Of a stretch of DNA of 64,000 bases, positions 32,519 through 41,916 are shown one piece after another; position 1 is the first letter of the stretch, and each line of letters begins with the position of its first letter. The position numbers and the translations under genes are program-made. Source of the DNA: an uncultured Verrucomicrobiae bacterium (lineage in GTDB: Bacteria > Verrucomicrobiota > Verrucomicrobiia > Chthoniobacterales > JAFAMB01); NCBI GenBank assembly GCA_963837955.1, contig CAWIPH010000002.1, positions 256,001-320,000 of the forward strand, read 5' to 3'. The notes under the pieces were generated by a model. That model did no database searches and was not told the origin of the DNA. It was given only the letters and a program-made list of their open reading frames with translations.

Positions 32519-33301
32519 TCACTTAAATCGTAGCCGGACGGGATCGCCGATTTTTAAGCCGAGCTCCTTAGCCGCAGAAGATGAGACCAGCGAAATTTCC
32601 AGAAAACCGATACTACCCCAAATGACAAAGGAGCTGTTTGGCTCTGTCGTGTCCTCGAGATAGAAGCGTCTGAGTTTTCGTATCTGATGGTTGCCGGCCT
32701 CGAGCATGAACGATTCCGGTAATGCACCGGCGGGCAAGGCGCTCCGCTCGATACCGGTTACACAATTCCCGAAATGATCGATATGAACGATCCTTGACTC
32801 GACCAAAGAAGAAGAGATGCATACCGGCTCTGGGAGCAGCTGAACGCTTGAGAGTTGTTCCCCGATTTCTTGCAGGGGAATACCAAGGCTCAACGCGGCG
32901 GCCGCCGGAGCAAAGACATCACGACCATGAAATGTGTTACTAATGTTTTCTCTGAACGAACTGGTTATGCTGAACGCTTCGTAATCTCTGGCGCGCCGCA
33001 GTACGAAAGACAAGACGCCGTTGTCGGGAGCAACAAAGAAATGGGCGCCGACCTTTGCTGCAATCGGCTGTCGCGTTGAGCCGACTCCGGGATCAACGAC
33101 AACCAAATGGATTGTGCCGGCTGGAAAGTTGTCGTAAGCGCCAAAGAGGACATAAGCGGCAGAGAGAATATTCTGCGCGGCGATCTTATGGGTGATATCG
33201 ACGATTTGGGCTGCCGGATTGCGGCTGAGGATGACGCCTTTCATTGCCGCACAGTAGTAATCGGCGGTCCCGAAATCCGTGAGAAGAGTGATTACGCTCA
33301 A
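32519..33301 (-). CDS. DUF62 family SAM hydroxide adenosyltransferase (SAM hydrolase)
   Basis: ITLLTDFG, VVDPGVGSTR, APDNG, TFHGRDVFAP, IDHFGN. Confidence 0.9.
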   Translation of the reverse strand: MSVITLLTDFGTADYYCAAMKGVILSRNPAAQIVDITHKIAAQNILSAAYVLFGAYDNFPAGTIHLVVVDPGVGSTRQPIAAKVGAHFFVAPDNGVLSFVLRRARDYEAFSITSSFRENISNTFHGRDVFAPAAAALSLGIPLQEIGEQLSSVQLLPEPVCISSSLVESRIVHIDHFGNCVTGIERSALPAGALPESFMLEAGNHQIRKLRRFYLEDTTEPNSSFVIWGSIGFLEISLVSSSAAKELGLKIGDPVRLRFK

Positions 33302-33633
33302 ACTGGTCCAGGATTAGCCGTCCGTGGCGTGACCGCTACCTCGGCGTTCAGCCATTTGAGAAAGCTTAAGTTAACAGATTCAGGCGCGATCTCTGCAATC
33401 AAGTTCGTGTAACTGACGTGTTGACGGATTACTTCTTCGAGCGCGTTGCGATAGCCCGATTGGGTTTTGACAAGCAGAACCGTCTCGGGTTCCTCGACGA
33501 TCTTTCCTTCCCAAAGATAGGCGCACGTGATTGGAAACCAGTTGGTGCAGACGGCTAACTCTTGTTCCAGCAGCGCGCGACTGATCTGGCGGGCTTCGTC
33601 AGGAGTGTTGAGCGTAACGTAGTAGATTCGCAT
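33298..33633 (-). CDS. cutA: Divalent-cation tolerance protein CutA
   Basis: LAVCTN, YLWEGKI..EPE..LLVKT, HVSY. Confidence 0.88.
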   Translation of the reverse strand: MRIYYVTLNTPDEARQISRALLEQELAVCTNWFPITCAYLWEGKIVEEPETVLLVKTQSGYRNALEEVIRQHVSYTNLIAEIAPESVNLSFLKWLNAEVAVTPRTANPGPV

Positions 33634-33740
33634 GAGTCGAAAGCAATCGCAGATCCACCTAATTTCTCGCTATGGGAGCAAGATCAAGGGGGGAGCGTAG
33701 GTCACCGGCAGGGAGGAACTATTAGCGCGCCTTATCCTCA

Positions 33741-33790
33741 GAAAAATACTGCTCGCCGACGCCCTGTTGGCGCCGGCGAGAGGAGGTATT
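33741..33790 (-). terminator. Probable intrinsic terminator
   Basis: Minus strand CTCGCCGGCGCC-aacag-GGCGTCGGCGAG followed by CAGTATTTTT, right after the 33791 stop. Confidence 0.6.
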
Positions 33791-34117
33791 TTAAGCCCCG
33801 GGTTTTTGGCCGGCTATCAGCTGTTTGATGATGCCTACGATTACCATGAGCACACCGCCGCCGACACCGCCGCCGGCGATCTGTTCAACGATCGACCCAA
33901 TGTCCAGGCCACCAGCAGCCGTCGCCGCCGTTCCTGCTGTTGCTCCGCTACCGAGGATCATTCCAAGCAATTGTCCCCCAAGCCCGCCGCCAACGATCCC
34001 GGCAATCGTGTTGCCGAGTGGGCCAAGATTGTATTGCTTTAAAATATTACCAATAATGTTGCCGCCGGCAGCGCCGGACAGCAGTTGGATAATCAGATTA
34101 ATAATTGTCGCATTCAT
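33791..34117 (-). CDS. Small glycine-rich membrane protein
   Basis: Glycine-zipper-like hydrophobic helices (GIVGGGLGGQLLG; GGGVGGGVLMVIVG). Confidence 0.8.
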   Translation of the reverse strand: MNATIINLIIQLLSGAAGGNIIGNILKQYNLGPLGNTIAGIVGGGLGGQLLGMILGSGATAGTAATAAGGLDIGSIVEQIAGGGVGGGVLMVIVGIIKQLIAGQKPGA

Positions 34118-34400
34118 TGAGATATCCTTCTCGTACGCTTCCTACAGCCGACGAAAAGCCATCTAGAACTCTGGGCAGCAACCAGACTTCAAAAATGCTC
34201 TCACAGGCTTCCTGAGCCTCAACCACCACCAAGTCAATCCTAGCTGGTTCAGTCAGCCTATCAGCCTGGCTTTTAATCCGCAATACGGATCAGCGTCAGG
34301 CCGGCGACCGGAAAATCCGGCCTGGATTGGGGAAAACAACGCACGTCTTGCGTCGGGATACTGAGTTGTGCAGAGGGACGCACTCCGGTACATAACTGAT

Positions 34401-35177
34401 ATGAGTTCGAATACTCTTGATGGCAAGATCGGTGTCGTTTTTGGCGTCGCTAACAAACGCAGTATCGCTTGGGCAATCGCGCAAGCATGGGCACAAGCAG
34501 GCGCTAAACTGATCTTCAACTACCAGGGCGAACGACTTAAGGAAAACGTCGAGGAACTGGCCGGGACATTCGGTGCTGATACACCTGCCTATCCATGTGA
34601 TGTGACTAACGATTCCGAAATCGCTGATTTCTTTCAAAACGTCCGAAAACACACGGACAGGATAGATCTTCTTCTTCACTCGGTGGCGTTCGCCCCTCGG
34701 GAGGCTCTCGAGGGAGACTTTGTCAGCACAACGCGAGACGCTTTTCTCACGGCGCATAATATCAGTGCCTACTCTCTGGTCGGGATTGTCCGGGAGGCGG
34801 TGCCTTTGATGACTGCGGGTGGATCCGTCGTCGCTATGACCTACTACGGGTCTCAAAAAGTAGTTCCTCGCTACAATGTCATGGGTGTGGCCAAAGCAAG
34901 TTTGGAAGCGACTGCTCGTTATCTGGCATTCGACTTAGGAACAAAAAAGATTCGGGTTAACTGTATCAGTGCCGGGCCGGTCCAGACCCTGGCTGCTCGT
35001 GGGATCGCTGGATTTTCTACGATGATGAAGCACTACCAAGAGCACGCGCCACTCCGACGGAGTTGTGATCCTGCGGAGTTGGGCGCAACGGGGGTCTTTC
35101 TAGCCAGCGATGGAGCAGCCGCCATCACCGGTCAGGTCATCTATGTAGATGGCGGTTACCAAATCATGGGGATGTGA
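34401..35177 (+). CDS. fabI: Enoyl-ACP reductase
   Basis: GVANKRSIAWAIA, HSVAFAP, YNVMGVAKASLE, ISAGPVQTLAA; start placed at ATG 34401. Confidence 0.96.
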   Translation: MSSNTLDGKIGVVFGVANKRSIAWAIAQAWAQAGAKLIFNYQGERLKENVEELAGTFGADTPAYPCDVTNDSEIADFFQNVRKHTDRIDLLLHSVAFAPREALEGDFVSTTRDAFLTAHNISAYSLVGIVREAVPLMTAGGSVVAMTYYGSQKVVPRYNVMGVAKASLEATARYLAFDLGTKKIRVNCISAGPVQTLAARGIAGFSTMMKHYQEHAPLRRSCDPAELGATGVFLASDGAAAITGQVIYVDGGYQIMGM

Positions 35178-36562
35178 CGGCAGAGTTGTCAGGAATGGAC
35201 TATTTCCGCGAGCTCATTGACCTAGTTGGTGCTTCGGCTGTTTCAGTCGAGCCTCGAAAATTGCAGGAGCACAGCGGTGATAAATGGTTCGCTACGCATC
35301 TTCCGGATGTTGTAGTAGAACCGGAAACGACCGAGCAGGTTGCTCTTGTGCTGGAGTTTGCCCAACGAAAACACATTGCGGTCACCCCGCGGGGCGCCGG
35401 CTATGGCTATGTCGGCGGGTGTGTGCCGGAGCACGGCGGTATTTCATTGTCCCTCGTCCGCATGAACCAAATCAAAGAGATTGCGGTTAGCGACGGTGTC
35501 GCAGTCGTCCAGCCTGGGGTAATCACTGCCCGACTGCAGGAGGCGGTCCGCCAGCGCGGATTGTTTTATCCGCCTGATCCAGCGAGCCGGAAGAACAGTT
35601 CCATTGGCGGTAATATCGCGACGAACGCTGGTGGTCCTCGCTGTCTTAAGTACGGAGTGACCCGTCACTACGTGCTCGGTTTGGAAGTGGTTCTCGCAGA
35701 CGGAATGATTGTCAGGGTGGGGGGACGAACGCTCAAAAACAAAACCGGCTTCGATTTGGTGGGACTATTTGTGGGCTCGGAGGGAATGCTTGGCGTTGTG
35801 ACCGAAGCGACGCTTCGGCTGCTGCCTCTGCCGCCGGCTCGGGCCTCACTCTCCGCGAGTTTTCAGACCATCGAGGCCGCCGCTGCTGCGGTTCAGGCGA
35901 TTTTGCAATCTGGCTTTCTTCCGTCGGCACTGGAAATCGCCGATCGGTTCACTCTCGAAGCAGCCAGGGAACATTTGGCTCAACGAGTCGTTCCGCAAGG
36001 AGACGCCCATTTGCTGGTCGATCTGGACGGGCAAGAGCAATCCGTAAAATTCGAGCTGGAGACATTAGCCGCTCATGTAGGGTCGCTGGGCGCGCTCACG
36101 GTTGAGAGCGCTTTTGGCGAAGCTGAGTGTGAGCGCCTATGGGATTTACGGAGAGGTTTCTCCGAATCACTCAAAGCGACGGGCTTAACGAAGCTGAATG
36201 AAGATGTGACCGTCCCGCGAGGGCGACTGGTTGACTTGATTCGATTTGCCGACCAGCTACAACAGCGTTTTGGTTTCCCCGTCGCCTGCTTTGGGCACGC
36301 CGGCGACGGAAACATTCACGTAAACGTCATGGTGGCGAATCCGGACGATCCCGAAGTTCAAACGCAAATGGAGACTGTTCTCGATGAATTGTTTCGCCAA
36401 GTCATCGATTGGGGCGGAGCAATTACGGGCGAACATGGAATCGGGCTGGCAAAAAAACGTTGGTGGCCGGCCGCGGTGACCAAGGAAAATCTGAAACTGC
36501 ATCGGATAATCAAAAGCGCGCTGGACCCTTCTGACATATTGAATCCTGGTAAGTTCCTCTGA
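35174..36562 (+). CDS. FAD-linked oxidase, GlcD/D-lactate dehydrogenase family
   Basis: PRGAG, YPPDPAS, IGGNIATNAGG, GSEGMLGVVT, GHAGDGNIH, GEHGIG, NPGK. Confidence 0.92.
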   Translation: MTAELSGMDYFRELIDLVGASAVSVEPRKLQEHSGDKWFATHLPDVVVEPETTEQVALVLEFAQRKHIAVTPRGAGYGYVGGCVPEHGGISLSLVRMNQIKEIAVSDGVAVVQPGVITARLQEAVRQRGLFYPPDPASRKNSSIGGNIATNAGGPRCLKYGVTRHYVLGLEVVLADGMIVRVGGRTLKNKTGFDLVGLFVGSEGMLGVVTEATLRLLPLPPARASLSASFQTIEAAAAAVQAILQSGFLPSALEIADRFTLEAAREHLAQRVVPQGDAHLLVDLDGQEQSVKFELETLAAHVGSLGALTVESAFGEAECERLWDLRRGFSESLKATGLTKLNEDVTVPRGRLVDLIRFADQLQQRFGFPVACFGHAGDGNIHVNVMVANPDDPEVQTQMETVLDELFRQVIDWGGAITGEHGIGLAKKRWWPAAVTKENLKLHRIIKSALDPSDILNPGKFL

Positions 36563-36834
36563 TCGGACGGATTTCCGCAGAAAAATAGAGCCTTACTACA
36601 CAAGATGATCAGCTAATCTTTGGACGTGGACGCTATTGGTGCATTCCGATGTTGAAAACTGCTCTTTTTCCTGAGATCAGTGCGAGGCGTGAGGAATTAC
36701 TCACTGGGGTAGTACGCGGAGAATCACGATCGGCCGAGCCTTCTTCTTTGAGAAGCGATAGATTTGTTTGAACGGATTCTCTTCGATCTCCCCCTATACT
36801 GCACATTCAGTTACCGCCCCCACATCGACTCAAT

Positions 36835-37683
36835 ATGCCGAAATACGGAATTCATGCGTTTACGTTGGACGGGTTCTGGAACAATCAGATAGCCCCGAGG
36901 GTTATTAGGCAGGCTGCGGAACTTGGGTTTGATCAAATAGAGATCCCCCTGCTTAAGCCGGCTGAATTTGATTCCAAAATGGTAGCCAAGTCCTTATCGC
37001 AAAACGGGATCACGGGCGTTGCTTCCCTCTGTTTACCGAAGGTTGCGCATCTCCCGTACAATCCCTCCGGTGCTTTGCAGTTTCTGAAAAATGCTATCGA
37101 TCGAGTTGTTGATTTCGGCGGGCGACAGCTGCTCGGCTGCTTGTACTGCAATCTTGGAACGCTTACTCGTCAGGCTCCGACGGACGACGAAAAAAAGAAG
37201 GTCGCCGATGTTCTCTCTCAGCTTAGAAGCTATGCGCAGCCGAAAGGAGTGTCACTCGGGATCGAGCCGGTAAATCGATATGAAACCTACCTCTGTAACA
37301 CTGGTGAGGACGCTTGCGAATACTTTCGAATGATGGGTGCCGATGATCTTATTATCCATTTTGACACTTATCACATGAACATTGAAGAGGACCGGTTTAG
37401 CACGGCGCTCAAACAGGCAGGGAAATTCGCTGGTTACATTCATATGAGCGAAAGCCACCGCGGGCTGCCGGGCGAAGGAACGGTCGATTGGGATGATGTG
37501 TTTCAAGGTTTAAAGGAAATTGAATATAAAGGGCCGCTAGTTCTGGAGGCGTTTGCCGCCATCAATCCTGATCTGATTGGGGCGACGTGTCTTTGGCGAA
37601 AAAGCCGCTACGAGCCTTTGCAACTGGCGACCAAAGGTTTGGAGTTCTTGAAAAAGAAAGTCGCGCAGCACGGCCTCGCGTGA
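36835..37683 (+). CDS. Ketose 3-epimerase (D-tagatose/D-psicose 3-epimerase family)
   Basis: EPVNRYE, DTYHMNIEE, HMSESHRG..GEG, LEAF metal-binding motifs. Confidence 0.85.
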   Translation: MPKYGIHAFTLDGFWNNQIAPRVIRQAAELGFDQIEIPLLKPAEFDSKMVAKSLSQNGITGVASLCLPKVAHLPYNPSGALQFLKNAIDRVVDFGGRQLLGCLYCNLGTLTRQAPTDDEKKKVADVLSQLRSYAQPKGVSLGIEPVNRYETYLCNTGEDACEYFRMMGADDLIIHFDTYHMNIEEDRFSTALKQAGKFAGYIHMSESHRGLPGEGTVDWDDVFQGLKEIEYKGPLVLEAFAAINPDLIGATCLWRKSRYEPLQLATKGLEFLKKKVAQHGLA

Positions 37684-37698
37684 CGTCTCGGTTCAGCC

Positions 37699-39267
37699 AT
37701 GTCCGCTTCTTCCGCAGCAACAATCCCCGCCGACACGTCCGAACTACAAGACGAATGGCCCAAGCCTGGAATTCGGGCTTCCACAAGTGCACTACTTGGC
37801 ATTGACCTAGGCACTTCAAGCGTGAAGGTGGTCGTCGTTTCCACCGCGGGAAAGATACTCGGCCTCGGCTCTGTTGAATACCCGATCTTGACTCCCGAGG
37901 CGGGTTGGGCAGAACAAGATCCCGAGGAATGGTGGACCGCCACGATTCGAGCCGTTCGAACAGCTGTCGATGCTGCTGGTAATCCGAAAATTTCCGCCAT
38001 CGGATTTTCGGGCCAAATGCATGGACCGGTATTGTTGGACAAGGCTCGAAAGCCGTTGGGCAATGCTATCATATGGGCCGATCAACGCGGCGCTTCGGTC
38101 CTGCCCGAGATCGAAGAGCGGGTCGAACGTCGTTTCCTCGCGACCGTCTGTGGGACGGCCCCCGCGGCTGGATTTCTCATTTCCACGCTCTTCTGGCTTC
38201 AACGATTCGATGCGAAGCGGTTTGATCAGATCGGTTCGATTCTCCTGCCGAAGGACTATTTGCGGTTTCGACTTTGTGGCGACTTAGCAACCGATCCGAG
38301 CGATGCAGCGGCGACCGGTTTGTTTGATGTAGCGAACTTGGTTTGGTCTCGAACGGTGATTGAAAAGCTCGGAATGCCAATCGCAATCTTTCCGAAGATC
38401 CGAGACTCGGTCGAATTAGCCGGAAAACTCACCTCCCGGGCCGGCGAAGCATTGGGTCTTCCTTCCGGTATTCCAGTCGCTGTGGGAAGTGCTGATCAAC
38501 CCGCCCAGGCCGTCGGGAACGGCCTCTTCGATCCAGGTCGCGGCTCGATAACTATCGGCACTGGTGGACAAGTGTTTGTGCCGATGGCGGCGCCGCTCGC
38601 GGATTCTCAGGCGCGGCTTCACACTTTCTGTCATGCTGACCGTCGTCGCTGGTATTTGCTTGGGGCCATGTTGGCAGCCGGTATGGCCTTACGATGGCTG
38701 CGCCACAACTTGTACGGAGAGGCCCTCTCCTATTCCGAGATGGATCGGCAGGCCGAGAAAATTAAACCAGGATGCGAAGGTCTGTTTTTTCTCCCTTACC
38801 TGGTTGGCGAACGTTCTCCGATTATGGATCCGAAGGCGCGCGGCGGCTTTGTTGGATTGACCCTCCGTCACCAAGGACCGCACTTCGTTCGCGCCCTGTT
38901 AGAGGGGGTCGCATTTTCGCTGCGACAAATTGTGGAAGCGATGGAGGAGACTGGGGCTTCGGTAGACGACTGGATTGTTTCTGGGAACGGCTTGGCAAGT
39001 CCACTTTGGAGACAGATTCTGGCAGACATTTTGGGAAGACCGCTCCTTCGCGGTAGCGACGAGAGCTCTGCCGAGCGGGCCGGGGTGGGCGCTGCCATTC
39101 AGGGTGGGATAGCGGCAGGCGTACTCAAAAGCTTTGAGGAAGCCAAACGATTTGCACCTGTTTTCGACCAGGTGACGAAACCAGACCCCGGTCGGACGCA
39201 GGCATACTCGGAGGCTTTTGGCCGTTACAAGGAAATCTATGCTCGCTTGCGCGACTGGTTTGTCTGA
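37699..39267 (+). CDS. xylB: Xylulokinase-like FGGY carbohydrate kinase
   Basis: GIDLGTSSVK, EQDPEEWW, SGQMHG, LPKDYLRF, TDPSDAAAT, FLPYLVGERSP. Confidence 0.85.
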   Translation: MSASSAATIPADTSELQDEWPKPGIRASTSALLGIDLGTSSVKVVVVSTAGKILGLGSVEYPILTPEAGWAEQDPEEWWTATIRAVRTAVDAAGNPKISAIGFSGQMHGPVLLDKARKPLGNAIIWADQRGASVLPEIEERVERRFLATVCGTAPAAGFLISTLFWLQRFDAKRFDQIGSILLPKDYLRFRLCGDLATDPSDAAATGLFDVANLVWSRTVIEKLGMPIAIFPKIRDSVELAGKLTSRAGEALGLPSGIPVAVGSADQPAQAVGNGLFDPGRGSITIGTGGQVFVPMAAPLADSQARLHTFCHADRRRWYLLGAMLAAGMALRWLRHNLYGEALSYSEMDRQAEKIKPGCEGLFFLPYLVGERSPIMDPKARGGFVGLTLRHQGPHFVRALLEGVAFSLRQIVEAMEETGASVDDWIVSGNGLASPLWRQILADILGRPLLRGSDESSAERAGVGAAIQGGIAAGVLKSFEEAKRFAPVFDQVTKPDPGRTQAYSEAFGRYKEIYARLRDWFV

Positions 39268-39283
39268 TAGGAATTCAAAGAGC

Positions 39284-40018
39284 TCACGGAGTTGCCGGAT
39301 CAGCGCCGCCTGCCATGCGAGCGTTGAAGGCCGCGTGTTCCTCCCACCGCCGCGCGTGTAACGCGGCTAATGCAGCTGCCGTTTCTGCTTGTTTCTTGCT
39401 GGACCCTTCGCCGACTCCAAGTTCGGTTCCTTCCCAGAGCACCTTCGCAATGAAGAGTTTCTGATGTTCCGGGCCCGCTTGAGAAATGATTTCGTAGATC
39501 GGGCTCTTGGCCGAGATGGCCTGAAGAATTTCCTGCAATTGGCCTTTGGGGTTTACCTCAAGCGGTTGCAGTGAGAGTAGGTGAATATCGCCCTGCGCTT
39601 CGTCCAGCACAAATCGGCGGACGGTCTCCAAATTGCTATCGAGATACATAGCGCCGACCAATGCTTCAAATGCATCGGCTAAAATCGATGCCCGTTTGCG
39701 GCCACCACTCGCCTCCTCGCCTCGTCCCATCATTAAGTAGGTGCCGAGCCCGATGCTGATGGCATGTACCTTCAGCCCTTCCCGAGAAACGAGTCGAGAG
39801 CGAAGCTTGGTTAATTGTCCCTCGCTGAACTGCGGAAAAAGCCGGTACAAATGTTCAGTAAAGATGAGTTGGAGGACGGCGTCCCCGAGAAATTCCAAAC
39901 GCTGGTTGTCGAAGTGATGACGTTGGGTCTCGTGCCCGAGGCTCGGGTGAGTTAACGCCTCTGCCAACAGCAGCGAATTTCGAAACTTGTAACCGATGCG
40001 TTGCTCTAGGGGGTTCAT
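39284..40018 (-). CDS. rnc: Ribonuclease III
   Basis: ALTHPS, NQRLEFLGDAVL, ADAFEA, dsRBD NPKGQLQE...GSSKKQAE; start placed at ATG 40018. Confidence 0.97.
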   Translation of the reverse strand: MNPLEQRIGYKFRNSLLLAEALTHPSLGHETQRHHFDNQRLEFLGDAVLQLIFTEHLYRLFPQFSEGQLTKLRSRLVSREGLKVHAISIGLGTYLMMGRGEEASGGRKRASILADAFEALVGAMYLDSNLETVRRFVLDEAQGDIHLLSLQPLEVNPKGQLQEILQAISAKSPIYEIISQAGPEHQKLFIAKVLWEGTELGVGEGSSKKQAETAAALAALHARRWEEHAAFNARMAGGADPATP

Positions 40019-40111
40019 TATCTTAACGGGACCATCGAGGCACGATCGAGCGATGGTCACTCACTCTGATCGTATCGATCCATCGCATCCGTACCGTCGC
40101 GGAAACTACTT

Positions 40112-41614
40112 CTAGGCTACCGGATTCACCTCAACCGGTTCCGGATAATAGTACCCGAATAGATGCCGCTCTTTGATTAGGGCGGCTACTTTTGCCGGTA
40201 CGGCCGACTCCCACCCCGTTTCACCAGCATGAATCTTGCCGAGGATATCCCTCGAAAAGATGTTCATGGTGTCAGGATCGAACCCAACGATCTGCGCGAG
40301 ATAGTGGTTTTCGAGAAGGTGAGCGTACAGGTTTCGCAAGTGAAGCTCCACTTGCAGGTTAGTAGCGTTGATCCAGACATCGTTGGCCAACGGATGAGAG
40401 GAAGTCCCGAGCGAGGGCGTTGGGCAATATCCGCCACCTTGGCAATACCGATCGAACGCACTCTTCCGCATCGGATAGATATAGAGCTTGGTGTTCGCTT
40501 TGAATAATCGTCCGAAAGATTCGAGGATTCCGCCGTCCAAATGCTCGTAGTATTTTTCATTAAAGACCTCGAGCAAGTTGTTGATCCCCATGACGACTCC
40601 GACCATCTGCTTAGTGTAGCGGCGGAAATAAGAAGTCAGCCGGTAAAACTCTCGATAATTAGAAATCAGCACGTAGTTGCCGATGGCGGCGAGCGTATCG
40701 ACTCGAGCCAGGAAATCCTCGTGATCGATATTCCCTGAAGCCAAAAGGTTATGCATCGTGATCTCCATTAGCACGAGGATATCGACGCCTTGCAGTGCCG
40801 GTTCTTGCAAGAATTGTGCGAGGGAGCAGCGGATCATGTCTTCGTTCACCAAGGTGACTGGTCGAAAACTTCCGCGTTCAACCAGGATCGCTTTCTTGTG
40901 GAGCACCTCGGAAGGCTGGAGCACTTCGCCTTGCGGACCAAACATCACCGCGTTGGTAAGTCCGTACTCGACGAGTTTTAGGCTCATCAGGCGATTGTCG
41001 ACCCTCTCAAAAAGTGGGCCGCTAAAACCGATCATGTCCACTTCGATGCGCTCCGTGGACAAGTTGTCGGCCAGCGATTGGATGAATTTGTCTTGATCGT
41101 TGAGGTAATAGAATGCGCCGTAAATCAGATTGACCCCTATGATGGCAAGCGCTTGCTGTTGCAGGACGTTCTCCTTATCCCACATTCGGACGTGCATTAC
41201 GACGTCGCTGGGCGGGGTGCACGGCTCTCCCTGAAAACGGATTCCCATCCAGCCATGGCATTCGTTGGTTCCTTTAAAGTTGCGTGCGGCGACCGTATCC
41301 GCGAAGGCAAAAAAAGTAGTCCGGTCTCCCCGAGCTTCTTTTAGTCGCTGGATCAATAAGTCGTATTCGTGATCGAGCATTTTGGCCAGACGTTCCCTGG
41401 AGACATAGCGCGCCGATTTCCCGTAGATTTCGTCGCTAAATTTCATGTCATAGGCCGAAATCGATTTCGCGATGGTGCCTGCAGCGCCTCCAGCCTGGAA
41501 AAATTGCCGGGCGACCTCTTGTCCGGCACCGATCTCTGCAAAGGTGCCGTATTTCGCTTCATCCAAATTGATGGTGAGCGCTTTACGATTCGTCGTGAGA
41601 AGTTCCGAAGACAT
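40112..41614 (-). CDS. Conserved cytoplasmic protein with CinA/PncC-like N-terminus and nucleotidyltransferase-like C-terminus
   Basis: YGTFAEIGAGQEVAR, SAYDM, RYVSRERL..M, ERGSFRPVT; no signal peptide or beta-barrel pattern. Confidence 0.7.
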   Translation of the reverse strand: MSSELLTTNRKALTINLDEAKYGTFAEIGAGQEVARQFFQAGGAAGTIAKSISAYDMKFSDEIYGKSARYVSRERLAKMLDHEYDLLIQRLKEARGDRTTFFAFADTVAARNFKGTNECHGWMGIRFQGEPCTPPSDVVMHVRMWDKENVLQQQALAIIGVNLIYGAFYYLNDQDKFIQSLADNLSTERIEVDMIGFSGPLFERVDNRLMSLKLVEYGLTNAVMFGPQGEVLQPSEVLHKKAILVERGSFRPVTLVNEDMIRCSLAQFLQEPALQGVDILVLMEITMHNLLASGNIDHEDFLARVDTLAAIGNYVLISNYREFYRLTSYFRRYTKQMVGVVMGINNLLEVFNEKYYEHLDGGILESFGRLFKANTKLYIYPMRKSAFDRYCQGGGYCPTPSLGTSSHPLANDVWINATNLQVELHLRNLYAHLLENHYLAQIVGFDPDTMNIFSRDILGKIHAGETGWESAVPAKVAALIKERHLFGYYYPEPVEVNPVA

Positions 41615-41916
41615 GGCCTGGGGCTACTTTAATCAATATCGCGTTGAACGCCAACCTGTCAGCCTGTTGAAAAAAACATCCACGAACATCACGGTTGAAC
41701 GATCTCGCTCTTGCGTTTTACGAAAATAGTAAGAGACTCCAGGAGATCTCATTCCGGATTGAATAATCGCTCAGCCAAAACGTACACTGCGATGGTCTGT
41801 TTTCGATCCGGGCTCTATTCTCCGCATCCATTCAGCGATTTTGCGGTGCTTCATTTACCGGTGTCTCCCCAGTTTGGTTGCCTATCTGTGTCGAATAAAC
41901 TCTTCTTCCTCAATCG

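Noticed and set aside
32519..33301. SAM-dependent fluorinase/chlorinase
   Set aside because: It keeps the Asp/Arg/His residues typical of DUF62 hydrolases and there is no secondary-metabolite context
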